Positions 27,555 to 37,371 of a DNA stretch of 64,000 nucleotides are shown piece by piece. Made by a program: the position numbers and the translations under genes. Origin of the DNA: Candidatus Methanoxibalbensis ujae (GTDB lineage: Archaea; Halobacteriota; Syntropharchaeia; Alkanophagales; Methanospirareceae); contig JAOQIN010000001.1 in assembly GCA_026134085.1 (NCBI GenBank), positions 21,344 to 85,343 on the forward strand, in the 5' to 3' direction. The notes under the pieces were generated by a model that was not told the origin of the DNA, did not search any database, and worked only from the letters and a program-made list of their open reading frames with translations. How positions within the stretch are numbered: position 1 is the stretch's first letter; the number at the start of each line of letters is the position of its first letter.

Positions 27555-28649
27555 ATGGCAGACAAAAGAAGTTTCCCGGTATGCTGCTATTGTGGTGCGT
27601 GTGCTGCGTTCATAGATTTCAAGAAGTATAAGGAGGAGGAAGTGGTGTTTGACAAGGGCTGTGGCGGCATGGTGTCAAAAGGCTTCTGTTTCAGCTTCTG
27701 TCCTCGCTCATTCGCAGTTTGCCGTTTATGTGAGGGGGAGTGCCCGAGGATGGACGTATGTGATTTCAGCCCTCTCCCCTCCCGGCATGAAGAGCGAGTT
27801 CTTGGATACTATAAAGAAATGATATGTGCAAGGGCAGCGGACGGGAGGACGAGAGAGGTGGGACAGGATGGAAGTGCCGTAACTGCAATGCTATGTGAGG
27901 CGTTGAGAAGTGGATTTATAGATGCTGCCGTTGTCGCTGTGCGGACAGAGGACTGGAAAGCCGAACCTTTCATCGCCACCACACCGGAAGAGGTTTTGCG
28001 CGGCGGAGGTTCAAAATACACAGCATGCCCTTCTGTTCTTGGTGTATGGGAGGCGATAGACCGCGGCTATGAAAATATCGCAATGGTCGGCACGGGCTGT
28101 AATATAGAGGCGGTGAGAAGACTTCAGGCGTTGCATGACCCTGCTTTAGAGCTTGACAGAGTGAAAGTCCTGATCGGGCTTTTCTGCACTGAGGCTTTCT
28201 GGCACCGTGATCTGGTGGTGTTCCTCGCTGAACGGGGAATAGATATCAAAGAGGTGGAGAGGTTTTATGTTTCAAAGGGGAGATTCATTGTGGTTACAAA
28301 GGACAGAGAGCTCAGTATTCCCACCGAAGAACTGGAATCCTGCGTGCGTGCGACATGCAAAATATGTGAGGATTTCACCGCACAGCTTGCGGATGTTTCA
28401 GCAGGCTCTTCCGGTTCGCCGGAAGGATACACTTCATTGATAATAAGGACAAGAGCTGGAGAGGAGCTCGTAAGTGTCTCAAAAAAGGCAATAGAAACGA
28501 AGAAACTGGATGATGCCGGTATAAAAAAGATAGAAAGGCTTGCTTTTAATAAGAAGATGAGGAATTACGGCAGGATACTGGATCAGATGGGGATCTGTTC
28601 CGCGTGCTTAACCAATCCGTATTCTTTTACGTTGCAAACAGGTGATTGA
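27555..28649 (+). CDS. FrhB/FpoF-family protein (coenzyme F420 hydrogenase beta-subunit-like FAD/F420-binding Fe-S protein)
   Basis: It has an N-terminal Cys cluster (CCYCGACAAF...CGG...CPRSFAVCRLCEGECP) and the family-typical central region (GQDGSAVTAMLCEAL...GSKYTACPSVL...GTGCNIEA...LIGLFCTEAF). It overlaps the downstream GltS-domain gene by 8 nt. Confidence 0.6.
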   Translation: MADKRSFPVCCYCGACAAFIDFKKYKEEEVVFDKGCGGMVSKGFCFSFCPRSFAVCRLCEGECPRMDVCDFSPLPSRHEERVLGYYKEMICARAADGRTREVGQDGSAVTAMLCEALRSGFIDAAVVAVRTEDWKAEPFIATTPEEVLRGGGSKYTACPSVLGVWEAIDRGYENIAMVGTGCNIEAVRRLQALHDPALELDRVKVLIGLFCTEAFWHRDLVVFLAERGIDIKEVERFYVSKGRFIVVTKDRELSIPTEELESCVRATCKICEDFTAQLADVSAGSSGSPEGYTSLIIRTRAGEELVSVSKKAIETKKLDDAGIKKIERLAFNKKMRNYGRILDQMGICSACLTNPYSFTLQTGD

Positions 28650-30255
28650 AATGGCAGATATATATGCGAATGCGAGGTCCACCACGGGAACATCCGTGAG
28701 AAGGAGAGATGTGAATGCGCTGAGCGGGATGTGTCCGATATGCGTGAAGGAGTGCGAGGTGCTCTGCGAAATTGGAAAGAGTGCGTTCAGGGGAAGAGAA
28801 GTATTGTATCCGGAGCCAGAGCAATTTGGATGGAGTACTGCTGCGTCGAACAAGGATTACGGACTCGATTGGTCCGACTTCAACATACTGTCAAGGTTGC
28901 GTGGCGCCGAGGGGATAGAGGAGAACCCTGATGTCGCACTTTTCCACAATGTGAACATTGAATCAAATATAGGAGGAATTCCGCTGAAAATACCTGTTGC
29001 AATAGGAGCATTCGGCTCAACAGATGTCGCAAAGAACAACTGGGAAGCGCTTGCGATTGGCGCAGCTCTCTCAGGAATAATCATTATCATAGGAGAGAAT
29101 GTATGTGGTGTCGACAGAAATTCAGTTTTCACTGATGGAAAGGTTGAGAGATCGCCTGAAATGGAGCGCAGGGTGAAATTATTCAGGGACTATTGGGATG
29201 GAAAATATGGAGATGTGGCAGTTCAGACAAATGTGGAGGATCAGAGATTTGGTGTTGACGAATATGTGGTGTCAAAGCTTGAGGTCAACATTGTTGAGCG
29301 TAAATGGGGACAGGGTGCAAAGGCAATAGGCGGGGAAATAAGAATTTCATCACTTGAAAGGGCGATTGAACTGAAGAAGCGTGGCTATTTAGTGTTGCCC
29401 GATCCTGAGGACCCTGTTGTGCAGAATGCATTCAGAGAAGGTCTTTTCAGGACATTTGAGAGGCATAGCAGGGTTGGATTTCCGAAAGAGGATTTTGTTG
29501 AAGATGTTGAGTGGCTGCGCAGCATAGGTGCGAAGTATGTGACAATAAAAACAGGTGCTTACCGCCCTGTTGATGTCGCATGGACAATGAAAATGGCATC
29601 AGAAGCCAGGGTTGACTACATCACATTTGACGGCGCAGGCGGCGGCACTGGAATGTCACCGGTTCCCATGATGAATGAGATGAGCACTCCCACAGTATAT
29701 TTAGAAGCGCAAATACTGAAATGCGCTCGCATTCTTGATAAAGCAGGGAGATATGTGCCTGATATAAGCATGGCGGGCGGTTTCATAAACGAAACGCAGA
29801 TATTCAAGGCGATAGCACTCAGTAATTTCAACGGAAACAACGGCAGAGGACCATATGTGAAAACGATAACAATGGCAAGATCCCCTCTGACGGCAGCGAT
29901 GAAGTCCCTTTACTTCTGTGAACTCGCGGAGAAGGGAAAATTGCCGCGAAATTTCGCATCCCTGTACGGAAATTCGCCTGAGAGGTTCTTCATAGCTGCT
30001 GAAGCGCTCAAAGCAAAATACGGAGATAAAGTGGGCGGAGAAATACCATGGTCGGCTGTCGGCGTTTACACCTATCTCTATGAACGCATAGGAATAGGAT
30101 TGAAACAGCTGCTCGCAGGAACAAGGAAATTCAAGCTTGAACTCATAGACAGAAGCGACATCGCAGCACTGACCAGAATAGCATCAGAAGTCACAGAAAT
30201 ACCGATGATACATGAGGTAGAAGCAGATCTGTTTGAAGAAATATTGCTGTCATAG
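28642..30255 (+). CDS. Glutamate synthase large-subunit FMN-binding domain protein (archaeal split GltB domain 2-like)
   Basis: It has FDGAGGGTGMSP (the glutamate synthase FMN/TIM-barrel signature GxDGGTGA) and an upstream Cys motif CPICVKECEVLCE. The size is 537 aa. Confidence 0.6.
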   Translation: MIEMADIYANARSTTGTSVRRRDVNALSGMCPICVKECEVLCEIGKSAFRGREVLYPEPEQFGWSTAASNKDYGLDWSDFNILSRLRGAEGIEENPDVALFHNVNIESNIGGIPLKIPVAIGAFGSTDVAKNNWEALAIGAALSGIIIIIGENVCGVDRNSVFTDGKVERSPEMERRVKLFRDYWDGKYGDVAVQTNVEDQRFGVDEYVVSKLEVNIVERKWGQGAKAIGGEIRISSLERAIELKKRGYLVLPDPEDPVVQNAFREGLFRTFERHSRVGFPKEDFVEDVEWLRSIGAKYVTIKTGAYRPVDVAWTMKMASEARVDYITFDGAGGGTGMSPVPMMNEMSTPTVYLEAQILKCARILDKAGRYVPDISMAGGFINETQIFKAIALSNFNGNNGRGPYVKTITMARSPLTAAMKSLYFCELAEKGKLPRNFASLYGNSPERFFIAAEALKAKYGDKVGGEIPWSAVGVYTYLYERIGIGLKQLLAGTRKFKLELIDRSDIAALTRIASEVTEIPMIHEVEADLFEEILLS

Positions 30256-30420
30256 GCTCTTCTCCATTTTCTTCTTTCTTTTTTGTTTCTTTTTGTTTTG
30301 TTTTGTTTTGTTTTTTCTTTTTTTTTTTGTTCTGTTCTGTTTCTTTGTCTTGTTTTATTTCGTCCTGTCCTGTTTCGTTTTGATTCGGTGAATTTGATTC
30401 GGTGAATAATTCAGTAAAAT
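30256..30420. repeat. Microsatellite region ((TTTTG)n, (GTTCT)n, (GTCCT)n, gattcggtgaat x2) in a convergent intergenic region
   Basis: Repeats are visible. The region probably also serves as a bidirectional oligo-T termination region. Confidence 0.65.
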
Positions 30421-30472
30421 TCAAACGGCAAATCAGCATGAGCACCCCGCCTACAGAATTGGAAGAACAGCG

Positions 30473-31561
30473 TTAATGGGAAAAAATTTCTTTTAAAGCA
30501 GCGACAAGCTTTTTATTCTCACCCCTTCTCCCGACAGTTATCCTTATGAAGTTTCCGTTCAATCCCAATAAACCGGTTATACTCCTCGCAATTATCCCCC
30601 TTCTGTATAAAGATTCCGTCAGTTTATCATCAGGAATTTCAAACTTTGCGAGAATAAAATTTGCAGAAGAGGGAAATGGTTTCATACCCTCTATCTTTTT
30701 CAGAGACTCATATAGATATTCGCGCTCTCTGACAATTTTATCTTTTATTCGCCTGAAGTATTCAACATTTTTTATCGCCTGTATTGCTGCTTTCACTGCG
30801 ATTGAAGAAACTGCGAAAGGTTCCCTTATCTTCTCAAGGAGCGAAGCAATCTGCTGAGATGCGACGGCGTATCCTATGCGCAAGCCAGCGAGTGCGAAGA
30901 ATTTTGAGAATGAGCGCACGACAATCAGATTATCATGCTCAACAGAAAGATTGACAACACTTTCCCCTGAAAATTCAGCGTATGCCTCATCAACAACGAC
31001 AATTGCATTTGTGCACTCAACGATCTTCTCTATCTCAGCGGGATTTATGACCGCGCCAGTTGGATTGTTCGGAGAACAAAGGAAAATGATCTTCGCATTC
31101 CTGCCAGAATCAATGATATCATCTGTGGATGGAACGAAGTTGCGCTCCTCTGCCGATCTGACAAATTTAAGAGAGGCATCATGCATCATCGCATAAAATG
31201 CATACATCGTGTATGTCGGAACTGGTATTACAACAACATCAAAAGGTTCCAACAGATAGCAGATGCGCGAGAAAATCTCATTTGCCCCCCCTCCAACCGT
31301 TATGTTTGCGGAGGGCACATTGATGTATGAGGAAATCTCCGATTTGAGCTCCGTGTATTTTGGATTGGGATAGCGAGATACTTCCTTCGCTTCTGCGCAA
31401 ATCGCGTGCACAACATCCCTGGGAAGCGGATAAGGATTCTCGTTTGAGTTCAGATTCACAATTTTGCGAATTGCAATGCCGTATTTTCTGGACACATCTT
31501 CTGGAAAATCGCCGGCATCATAGGGTTCTATCAGCTCAAATTTGCTGAAATTCACGCGCAT
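30473..31561 (-). CDS. hisC: Histidinol-phosphate aminotransferase
   Basis: It is 362 aa. It has the N-terminal LNSNENPYPLP motif and the class-II aminotransferase PLP-lysine region (SFSKFFALAGLRIGY). Confidence 0.75.
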   Translation of the reverse strand: MRVNFSKFELIEPYDAGDFPEDVSRKYGIAIRKIVNLNSNENPYPLPRDVVHAICAEAKEVSRYPNPKYTELKSEISSYINVPSANITVGGGANEIFSRICYLLEPFDVVVIPVPTYTMYAFYAMMHDASLKFVRSAEERNFVPSTDDIIDSGRNAKIIFLCSPNNPTGAVINPAEIEKIVECTNAIVVVDEAYAEFSGESVVNLSVEHDNLIVVRSFSKFFALAGLRIGYAVASQQIASLLEKIREPFAVSSIAVKAAIQAIKNVEYFRRIKDKIVREREYLYESLKKIEGMKPFPSSANFILAKFEIPDDKLTESLYRRGIIARSITGLLGLNGNFIRITVGRRGENKKLVAALKEIFSH

Positions 31562-31624
31562 ATTCTCTTACCTTTTATCTCCGCTGCCTTCAGCCTCCTT
31601 CTCTTTCTCCTCGCCACATAGTTT

Positions 31625-31830
31625 CTAAGTTATTCCCGGTCTCAGGATCATTTCCAGTCTCAGGATCATTTCTGATCATTTCCAAGAAGCCTGCGAGAGC
31701 CCCGGATGAGCATGAGCTGCCCGAGTGATGAGGCAACAGTCACCTCTTTATGGAAACTCCATGAGCGATTGTGAGAGGTGAGGTTGTGGGGGGTGAGGTT
31801 GTGATTGTGAGAGGTGAGGAAGCCCCCGAC
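31625..31830. repeat. Intergenic direct repeats (gtctcaggatcatttc x2; gtgaggttgtg x2-3)
   Basis: The repeats are visible in the DNA. Confidence 0.55.
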
Positions 31831-33027
31831 TCATGCGGAATTACGGTCGCAGTGAGAGGCAAGGGGGCAGAGAGGATCTTCAGCCCATATATCGCCGAAT
31901 GCCGAAAGAGCCCTTACACGGCAGCCTCCGCAGATGTTTTTGAACTCGCATGCGCCACATGCACCTTTCAGATTTTTCTGTTTGTTTCTGAAAGCGTTCA
32001 GCACTTTGTTTGAGTCATCGTTCCATATCTCACTGAACCTGCGCTCTCTTATATTTCCTATTTTAAGCGAAGGTATCTGAGCGAACTGGCATGGATACAC
32101 ATTTCCCGCAGGGTCAACATTTGCAACGCGCTCACCCGCGCTGCATGTGTCGCCTGTGAACTCAATAAGCTTCAACGCACTTTCATACTCATCTTTCAAT
32201 CCGTTTTCTTTCATCTTCTGCATCAGAAAGACAGCGTCCTGAGGCGCATCAACTGTGAGTATCTCTATTTTGTCGCCGAGTTCAATTGCCTTTCTGTATA
32301 AAAAATCAAGGATGTTCAATGCTTCTTCGCAGCTCAGCTGCTGCCCGTATATGTCTTTCCCCCTTCCGCTTGGAACCAGCCAGTAAACGCAGAACCGCGG
32401 CACTCCCAAGGAGACCGCGATGTCAAGAAGTGCTCCTATCTCCCTGTAATTCTGTCTTGTCACTGTTATGCGAATGCCCGTTTTCAGTCCTGCGGAGATG
32501 CAGTTTTTGAGCCCCTCCATCGCTCTTCTGAAGCTTCCCGGCTGCTTCCTGAAATCATCATGCGTTCGCTCATTCGCGCCGTCGAGCGAGATTCCGACGT
32601 ATTCTATGTGGCATTCCTTCAAGTGTCGTGCAACTTCTTCATCAATCAGCGTCCCGTTTGTGCTCAGCGCAGTCCTCAATCCGCGGTCATGCGCATATGA
32701 TGCGATGTCCCAGAAATCCTCCCTCATAAGCGGCTCGCCGCCTGTCAGCATCAGCAATGGCACACGCATGTCCGCAAGATCATCAATGAACGCCTCGACC
32801 TCCTCAAATGAGAGCTCATCCTCCCACTCGGGCAGGGGTGATGCGGAGAGATAGCAATGAACACATCTCAAATTGCACTTCCATGTCGTGTTCCAGAAAA
32901 CCACAGGTCTTCTGATGTGTGAAAACGCTATAAAACCGCTCGGAATCTCCTGAACGCTCCTGTGTCTGTACTTCAACGCCTCGCTCACTGTCCCCTTTCC
33001 GTGCACAAGACATGAGATGCGTATCAC
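31831..33027 (-). CDS. Radical SAM protein with C-terminal SPASM domain (AhbD/NirJ-like)
   Basis: It has the CNLRCVHCY CxxxCxxC motif and a C-terminal Cys-rich SPASM-type segment (CSAGERVANVDPAGNVYPCQF...GACGACEFKNICGGCRVRA). Confidence 0.65.
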   Translation of the reverse strand: MIRISCLVHGKGTVSEALKYRHRSVQEIPSGFIAFSHIRRPVVFWNTTWKCNLRCVHCYLSASPLPEWEDELSFEEVEAFIDDLADMRVPLLMLTGGEPLMREDFWDIASYAHDRGLRTALSTNGTLIDEEVARHLKECHIEYVGISLDGANERTHDDFRKQPGSFRRAMEGLKNCISAGLKTGIRITVTRQNYREIGALLDIAVSLGVPRFCVYWLVPSGRGKDIYGQQLSCEEALNILDFLYRKAIELGDKIEILTVDAPQDAVFLMQKMKENGLKDEYESALKLIEFTGDTCSAGERVANVDPAGNVYPCQFAQIPSLKIGNIRERRFSEIWNDDSNKVLNAFRNKQKNLKGACGACEFKNICGGCRVRALSAFGDIWAEDPLCPLASHCDRNSA

Positions 33028-33105
33028 TTCTCACTATGTTCTCTCCTTTTCCTATTAAAATTATGGAACAAGTCCACTTTTAAAAAGGGAGACCCAAATA
33101 ATAAA

Positions 33106-33636
33106 TTGGATATGAGACTTGCAGTTGTACCAGAGCGCTGTTCCGGATGCAGGCTATGCGAGCTGGCGTGTGCATTGAGTAAATTCAACGTGATGAATCC
33201 GAAAAAAGCGGGGATAAGGGTGATCTCAATATATCCGCATCCAGTTGTGAGGATGCCAGTTTTTTGCAGGCAGTGCAAGGAGCCGAAATGCATGGCAAAC
33301 TGCCCAGTTGAAGCGATAAAGGAGAGTGATGGAATCGTCACAATAGACGAGAAGATATGCGTTGCATGCTATAACTGCGTGACATCATGCCCTTTCGGTG
33401 CAATATTCGTGCATCCTGATGTCAGTGCGCCTATAAAATGCGATCTCTGCGCTGGAAATCCGAAATGTGTGGATGTCTGCCCGACAAACGCGCTGTTGTT
33501 TGTTCCCGAACATCTTCTCGGACAGGCACACAGAGTTGGAAGTGTTCTGAAATACGCACATATGGAGGAAATTGAATACGAAGCAGGAAAGAAAAAACTG
33601 CGATATGCGGATATAGGGAACATAAAAACTGAGTGA
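33106..33636 (+). CDS. 4x[4Fe-4S] ferredoxin-type iron-sulfur protein (DmsB/HycB-like)
   Basis: It has four Cys clusters: CSGCRLCELAC, CRQCKEPKCMANCP, CVACYNCVTSCP and CDLCAGNPKCVDVCP. Confidence 0.7.
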   Translation: MDMRLAVVPERCSGCRLCELACALSKFNVMNPKKAGIRVISIYPHPVVRMPVFCRQCKEPKCMANCPVEAIKESDGIVTIDEKICVACYNCVTSCPFGAIFVHPDVSAPIKCDLCAGNPKCVDVCPTNALLFVPEHLLGQAHRVGSVLKYAHMEEIEYEAGKKKLRYADIGNIKTE

Positions 33637-33641
33637 AGCGC

Positions 33642-34691
33642 TCATGCATGTGTGCGGTTGTCATCTGCTTTCTCCTTTTTTCTGCTCTGTGTCCTGTGCA
33701 AATCGTATTCATCGTATATGCTGCCCACGATCTCCTCAAGCAGGTCTTCAAGGCTCACAAGTCCCTTAGCTCTGCCGTGCTCATCAACGACTATCGCGAT
33801 ATGCATCCTTCCCCGCTGAAATTCCTTCAGAAGCTCGTCAATTCTCTTGGTCTCAGGCACCATATATGGGCTCTTCATTATATCGCGCACTTTTTTATTG
33901 AAAAAAAGATTCCCCTGCATCAACATGTCCTTCGCATATAATATGCCCGTGATGTTTTCCTTGGTCTTCTCGCACACCGGTATCCTTGAGTATCCGTATT
34001 TTCTTATGAGAGAGACGGCATCCTCTGCCTTCTGATCTGCATTTATGCATACCATTTCGTCAATCGGCGTCATCACATCACGAGCTACTTTCTCATCAAG
34101 TCTCAGGACGCTCTCCATCATCTCATGCTCATCCTCCTCTATCACACCTTCCTCCCTGCCCATATCAAGGAATGTCCGCAGCTCCTCTTCAGAGATTCCC
34201 GGCTTTCCTTCGCGCATGTCCAGGCCTATCGCCTTCCCGAATATATTTGCGAACTTTGAAAGAAGCCATGCGACGGGTCTGAATACAGATACCAGCAACG
34301 AAAGGGGGGCTGCAGCAATGACCGCAAACTTCTCAGTGTGACGGATCGCGAGCGTCTTGGGCAACACCTCGCAGAATGTGAGTATGATCAATGTCATGAC
34401 TCCTGTCGCAACTCCAACACCTATTTCTCCAAACACATCAATTGCGATGGATGTGGCAATTGACGCAGCTGCAATGTTCACAAGATTGTTTCCGATGAGC
34501 ACAGTGGTGAGAAGCGCATCTGCATCTTCCATCAGCCTGTTTATCTTATCAGCATGCCTGGCACTTCGCTTCTGCATCGCCCTCGCTTTTACCCTGCCAA
34601 GTCCTATGAACGCTGTCTCAGAGCCTGAGAAAAATGCCGAAAGCATCAACAGTATGAACAGCACCAGTAATTCCACCAGTAGCAATAACAC
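33642..34691 (-). CDS. CNNM/DUF21 + CBS-pair + CorC-HlyC transporter-associated protein (putative Mg2+/Co2+ efflux)
   Basis: It has an N-terminal DUF21 TM region (FFSGSETAF), tandem CBS domains and a C-terminal CorC_HlyC-like end. Confidence 0.7.
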   Translation of the reverse strand: MLLLLVELLVLFILLMLSAFFSGSETAFIGLGRVKARAMQKRSARHADKINRLMEDADALLTTVLIGNNLVNIAAASIATSIAIDVFGEIGVGVATGVMTLIILTFCEVLPKTLAIRHTEKFAVIAAAPLSLLVSVFRPVAWLLSKFANIFGKAIGLDMREGKPGISEEELRTFLDMGREEGVIEEDEHEMMESVLRLDEKVARDVMTPIDEMVCINADQKAEDAVSLIRKYGYSRIPVCEKTKENITGILYAKDMLMQGNLFFNKKVRDIMKSPYMVPETKRIDELLKEFQRGRMHIAIVVDEHGRAKGLVSLEDLLEEIVGSIYDEYDLHRTQSRKKEKADDNRTHA

Positions 34692-34699
34692 TTCTACAT

Positions 34700-34790
34700 C
34701 ATCTCTTCATATTTTCATATTTATCCTGCTGCATTATCCTGCTGCACTGTATTATCCTGCTGCTGCACTGTATGATATTTCTCAGTCACA
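34700..34790. repeat. Intergenic direct repeats (ttatcctgctgc[a]ctgta units)
   Basis: The repeats are visible in the DNA. Confidence 0.55.
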
Positions 34791-34940
34791 AAATAAAATA
34801 AATATCTCTCCATCATCTCACGCACACATCACCGCCACGCATCACTCCTCCGCACTCTTTTCTCTGCCTTTCTCCGCACATACGCATTTGCCGGCAGCAG
34901 ATGGAGGGCATCATCTGATGCAAAACTCTGATGCAAAATT

Positions 34941-35975
34941 GTGCTTCATCATATCATGATGAATGCGAAGATGCGAATAGGCCTGGATATAGGAGGTGCA
35001 AACATAAAAGTTGCGAGCTCGGATTGTTCTATCGCACGCACGATATACGCGCCTCTGTGGAAGGACAGGACCGCACTCCACCGCATCCTCTCAGCGATCA
35101 GCTATGAGGATGGAGCGGAGGGGAGAGAAGAGCTGAGGAGCGCATCTGTCGGTGTTGTGATGACAGGGCAGCTGTGCGATTGCTTCAGGACAAAGGCGGA
35201 GGGAATAATATTCATAAAAAACGCGGTGGTATCAATTTTCAGAGGCGCGAAGTTCTTCAGCACAAACTGCTCTTTTGAGAATGCAAGCGTCGTTGACAGC
35301 CATCCATTGCTCTTTGACGCGACGAACTGGCTCGCATCCTCTTTTTATCTCTCAAAAGATATGAAAAATTTCATATTTACAGATGTTGGAAGCACAACAA
35401 CAGATGTTATACCAGTGGTGAAAGGAGAGATAAGAGCCGCTAAAAGGGATTATGAGCGATTAATGCGCAATGAATTGATATATGAAGGTGTTTTGAGAAC
35501 AAATATCGCATTTATATGCAGAAAATTTCGGATAAAAGGGGTTGAATGTGCTGCATCTTCTGAACTTTTCGCGATCACAGCTGATGCATATCTTGCACTC
35601 GGCCTTCTGTCTGAGGAGGGATACACATGCGACACTCCTGAAAGCGGAGGTGCTGAGAGAACAAAAGAGGCGGCTTTGAGACGGCTCTCACGCGTCGTGT
35701 GTGCTGATCTTGAGGAGATTGGACATGATGTTGCGATGGATATTGCGAGACAGGTCAGAGATGCACAGGTAAAACATCTCGCAGATGCTCTGCGTGAGAA
35801 GAGGGAGCGATATAATATCAATGTTGTTTTCTCAGCGGGAATAGGCGAGTTCATCGTCAGGGAAGCGGCTGATATGATAAATATGGAAACGATTTCAGCA
35901 TCTGAAATTTATGGAAAAGATATATCGGCTGTTTTTCCCTCATTTGCTGTGTCAAATTTGCTGAGCGATTTTTGA
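34941..35975 (+). CDS. Hydantoinase/oxoprolinase-family (H4MPT-linked C1 transfer pathway protein; possible MfnF-like)
   Basis: It has the ASKHA/actin-fold N-terminus MRIGLDIGGANIKVA and a second DVGSTTTDV motif. The size is about 340 aa, typical of the archaeal family. Confidence 0.45.
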   Translation: MLHHIMMNAKMRIGLDIGGANIKVASSDCSIARTIYAPLWKDRTALHRILSAISYEDGAEGREELRSASVGVVMTGQLCDCFRTKAEGIIFIKNAVVSIFRGAKFFSTNCSFENASVVDSHPLLFDATNWLASSFYLSKDMKNFIFTDVGSTTTDVIPVVKGEIRAAKRDYERLMRNELIYEGVLRTNIAFICRKFRIKGVECAASSELFAITADAYLALGLLSEEGYTCDTPESGGAERTKEAALRRLSRVVCADLEEIGHDVAMDIARQVRDAQVKHLADALREKRERYNINVVFSAGIGEFIVREAADMINMETISASEIYGKDISAVFPSFAVSNLLSDF

Positions 35976-36006
35976 ATTTCTCGGAGATTCAGTCAGATAT
36001 GTCAGA

Positions 36007-37371
36007 TCAGGTCATGATGTGCAATGCAGCGAGTATGCAGAAGACACCGAACATGTCGGTGAGGCTGGTGACAAGCGGTATCGTGTCGTTGTCGGGGTCC
36101 AAACCGGCTTTGAATGAGAGAGCGGCGATGTAATAGGTTGCGATATTTATGAATGATACGCATAACAGTCCCGCGATGACAGTGATCATGATCATCTCTC
36201 CGAGAGAGCCGCTTTCAATGCATGCGAACAGCATTGATAGCCACGAGAGCGCGCCTACCAGGACGAAGAAGGAAGACAGCCCATATATCAAAGTGAAATC
36301 AGCAATGCTGCGCCTATCGGGAAGAAATCCAGGCTTTATCATGCCCACGTGCAGCATTGACGATATGCGTGCGCTCAGTATGCCGCCGAGCGCACCGCTC
36401 ACACCGAGAAAGGGAGGAATAACTGCAAGAACAGAGGGGTTTGAGATGAGATACTCCAATCTTGATTCAAGAAGTGTTCCCGTAAGCAGGCCTATTATCC
36501 CGCATATAAGTAGCACGGGATAACTTTCTCCAATTATACGACTTATTTCGGTGCGGAGCCCTTTGTATGTGAGTATGAGTGAAAGTGTTACAGAGAGTGC
36601 GGAGATGATCATGGCAATTGTTTCTCTGCTCTCAAGATGCAGTAAGATGTGCGCTGCGAGATATAATGAGGGTATTGTCGTCATATCTCCTGCGGAGGTG
36701 ATGAGCGGTGATGAGAAATTATCTATGTCCAATTTGCGCCGATATGCAAATATTGAGATTGCAACAGTTATTCCGAGAAGGAAAATTCCAGATAAAATGC
36801 CGCCTAACACAGAAATAAATATGAAAAGCCATACAGAAATGCTCTGAATGCCAAATATACCGGCGAAAATCTTCGCAATAATTCCCAAAATAACGGAGAA
36901 TGAAAGTGTCAATGTGATTGTTGACTTTATGTTGTTGTATAAAACATTATCCCTGAGGGAGGGAGTGAAAATACCGAGATGCATGGAGGTTCCAAGCCGG
37001 GATGCCATCGCTCCATACACATTGCCGCGCATATCGTTGGCAGGAGGGATCAGTATGAGCAATCCCGGCATCAATTTGAGCATTTCGGACATTGAGCTGA
37101 AAACAGTGCCTGCAATAATTCCTGATAGCGTGCAGAGAGAAAGAGATAATGAAGATTGAATGAAAATTTGAGCATTATCATGAAAATATGAACGAATATG
37201 ATGAGTCAGGAGGAGCAGAGCACGCATGCATGCTGATATCTCCGACAATATGCCGGTGATGATGTGTTGGATGCGCTGGAATGCGGTGTGTGTTGTATCT
37301 TCGGAGCAGTGTTCTTCTTTCACATCTCCCTCCTCTTTCATTTTCATCACCACCGAGACACACGACAGCAA
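36007..37371 (-). CDS. Polytopic membrane protein, MgtE-like divalent cation transporter TM domain (tandem), tentative
   Basis: It has about 10 TM helices. The acidic motifs PPANDMRGN and DPDNDTIPLVTSLTDMFG resemble MgtE/SLC41 transmembrane signatures. Confidence 0.35.
   Translation of the reverse strand: MLSCVSVVMKMKEEGDVKEEHCSEDTTHTAFQRIQHIITGILSEISACMRALLLLTHHIRSYFHDNAQIFIQSSLSLSLCTLSGIIAGTVFSSMSEMLKLMPGLLILIPPANDMRGNVYGAMASRLGTSMHLGIFTPSLRDNVLYNNIKSTITLTLSFSVILGIIAKIFAGIFGIQSISVWLFIFISVLGGILSGIFLLGITVAISIFAYRRKLDIDNFSSPLITSAGDMTTIPSLYLAAHILLHLESRETIAMIISALSVTLSLILTYKGLRTEISRIIGESYPVLLICGIIGLLTGTLLESRLEYLISNPSVLAVIPPFLGVSGALGGILSARISSMLHVGMIKPGFLPDRRSIADFTLIYGLSSFFVLVGALSWLSMLFACIESGSLGEMIMITVIAGLLCVSFINIATYYIAALSFKAGLDPDNDTIPLVTSLTDMFGVFCILAALHIMT

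Noticed and set aside
27122-27615. ORFs 27122..27400 and 27163..27615 in the long intergenic region
   Set aside because: They lie in a repeat-containing leader, have no motifs and odd composition, and 27163..27615 runs into the FrhB-like gene start. They are probably non-coding.
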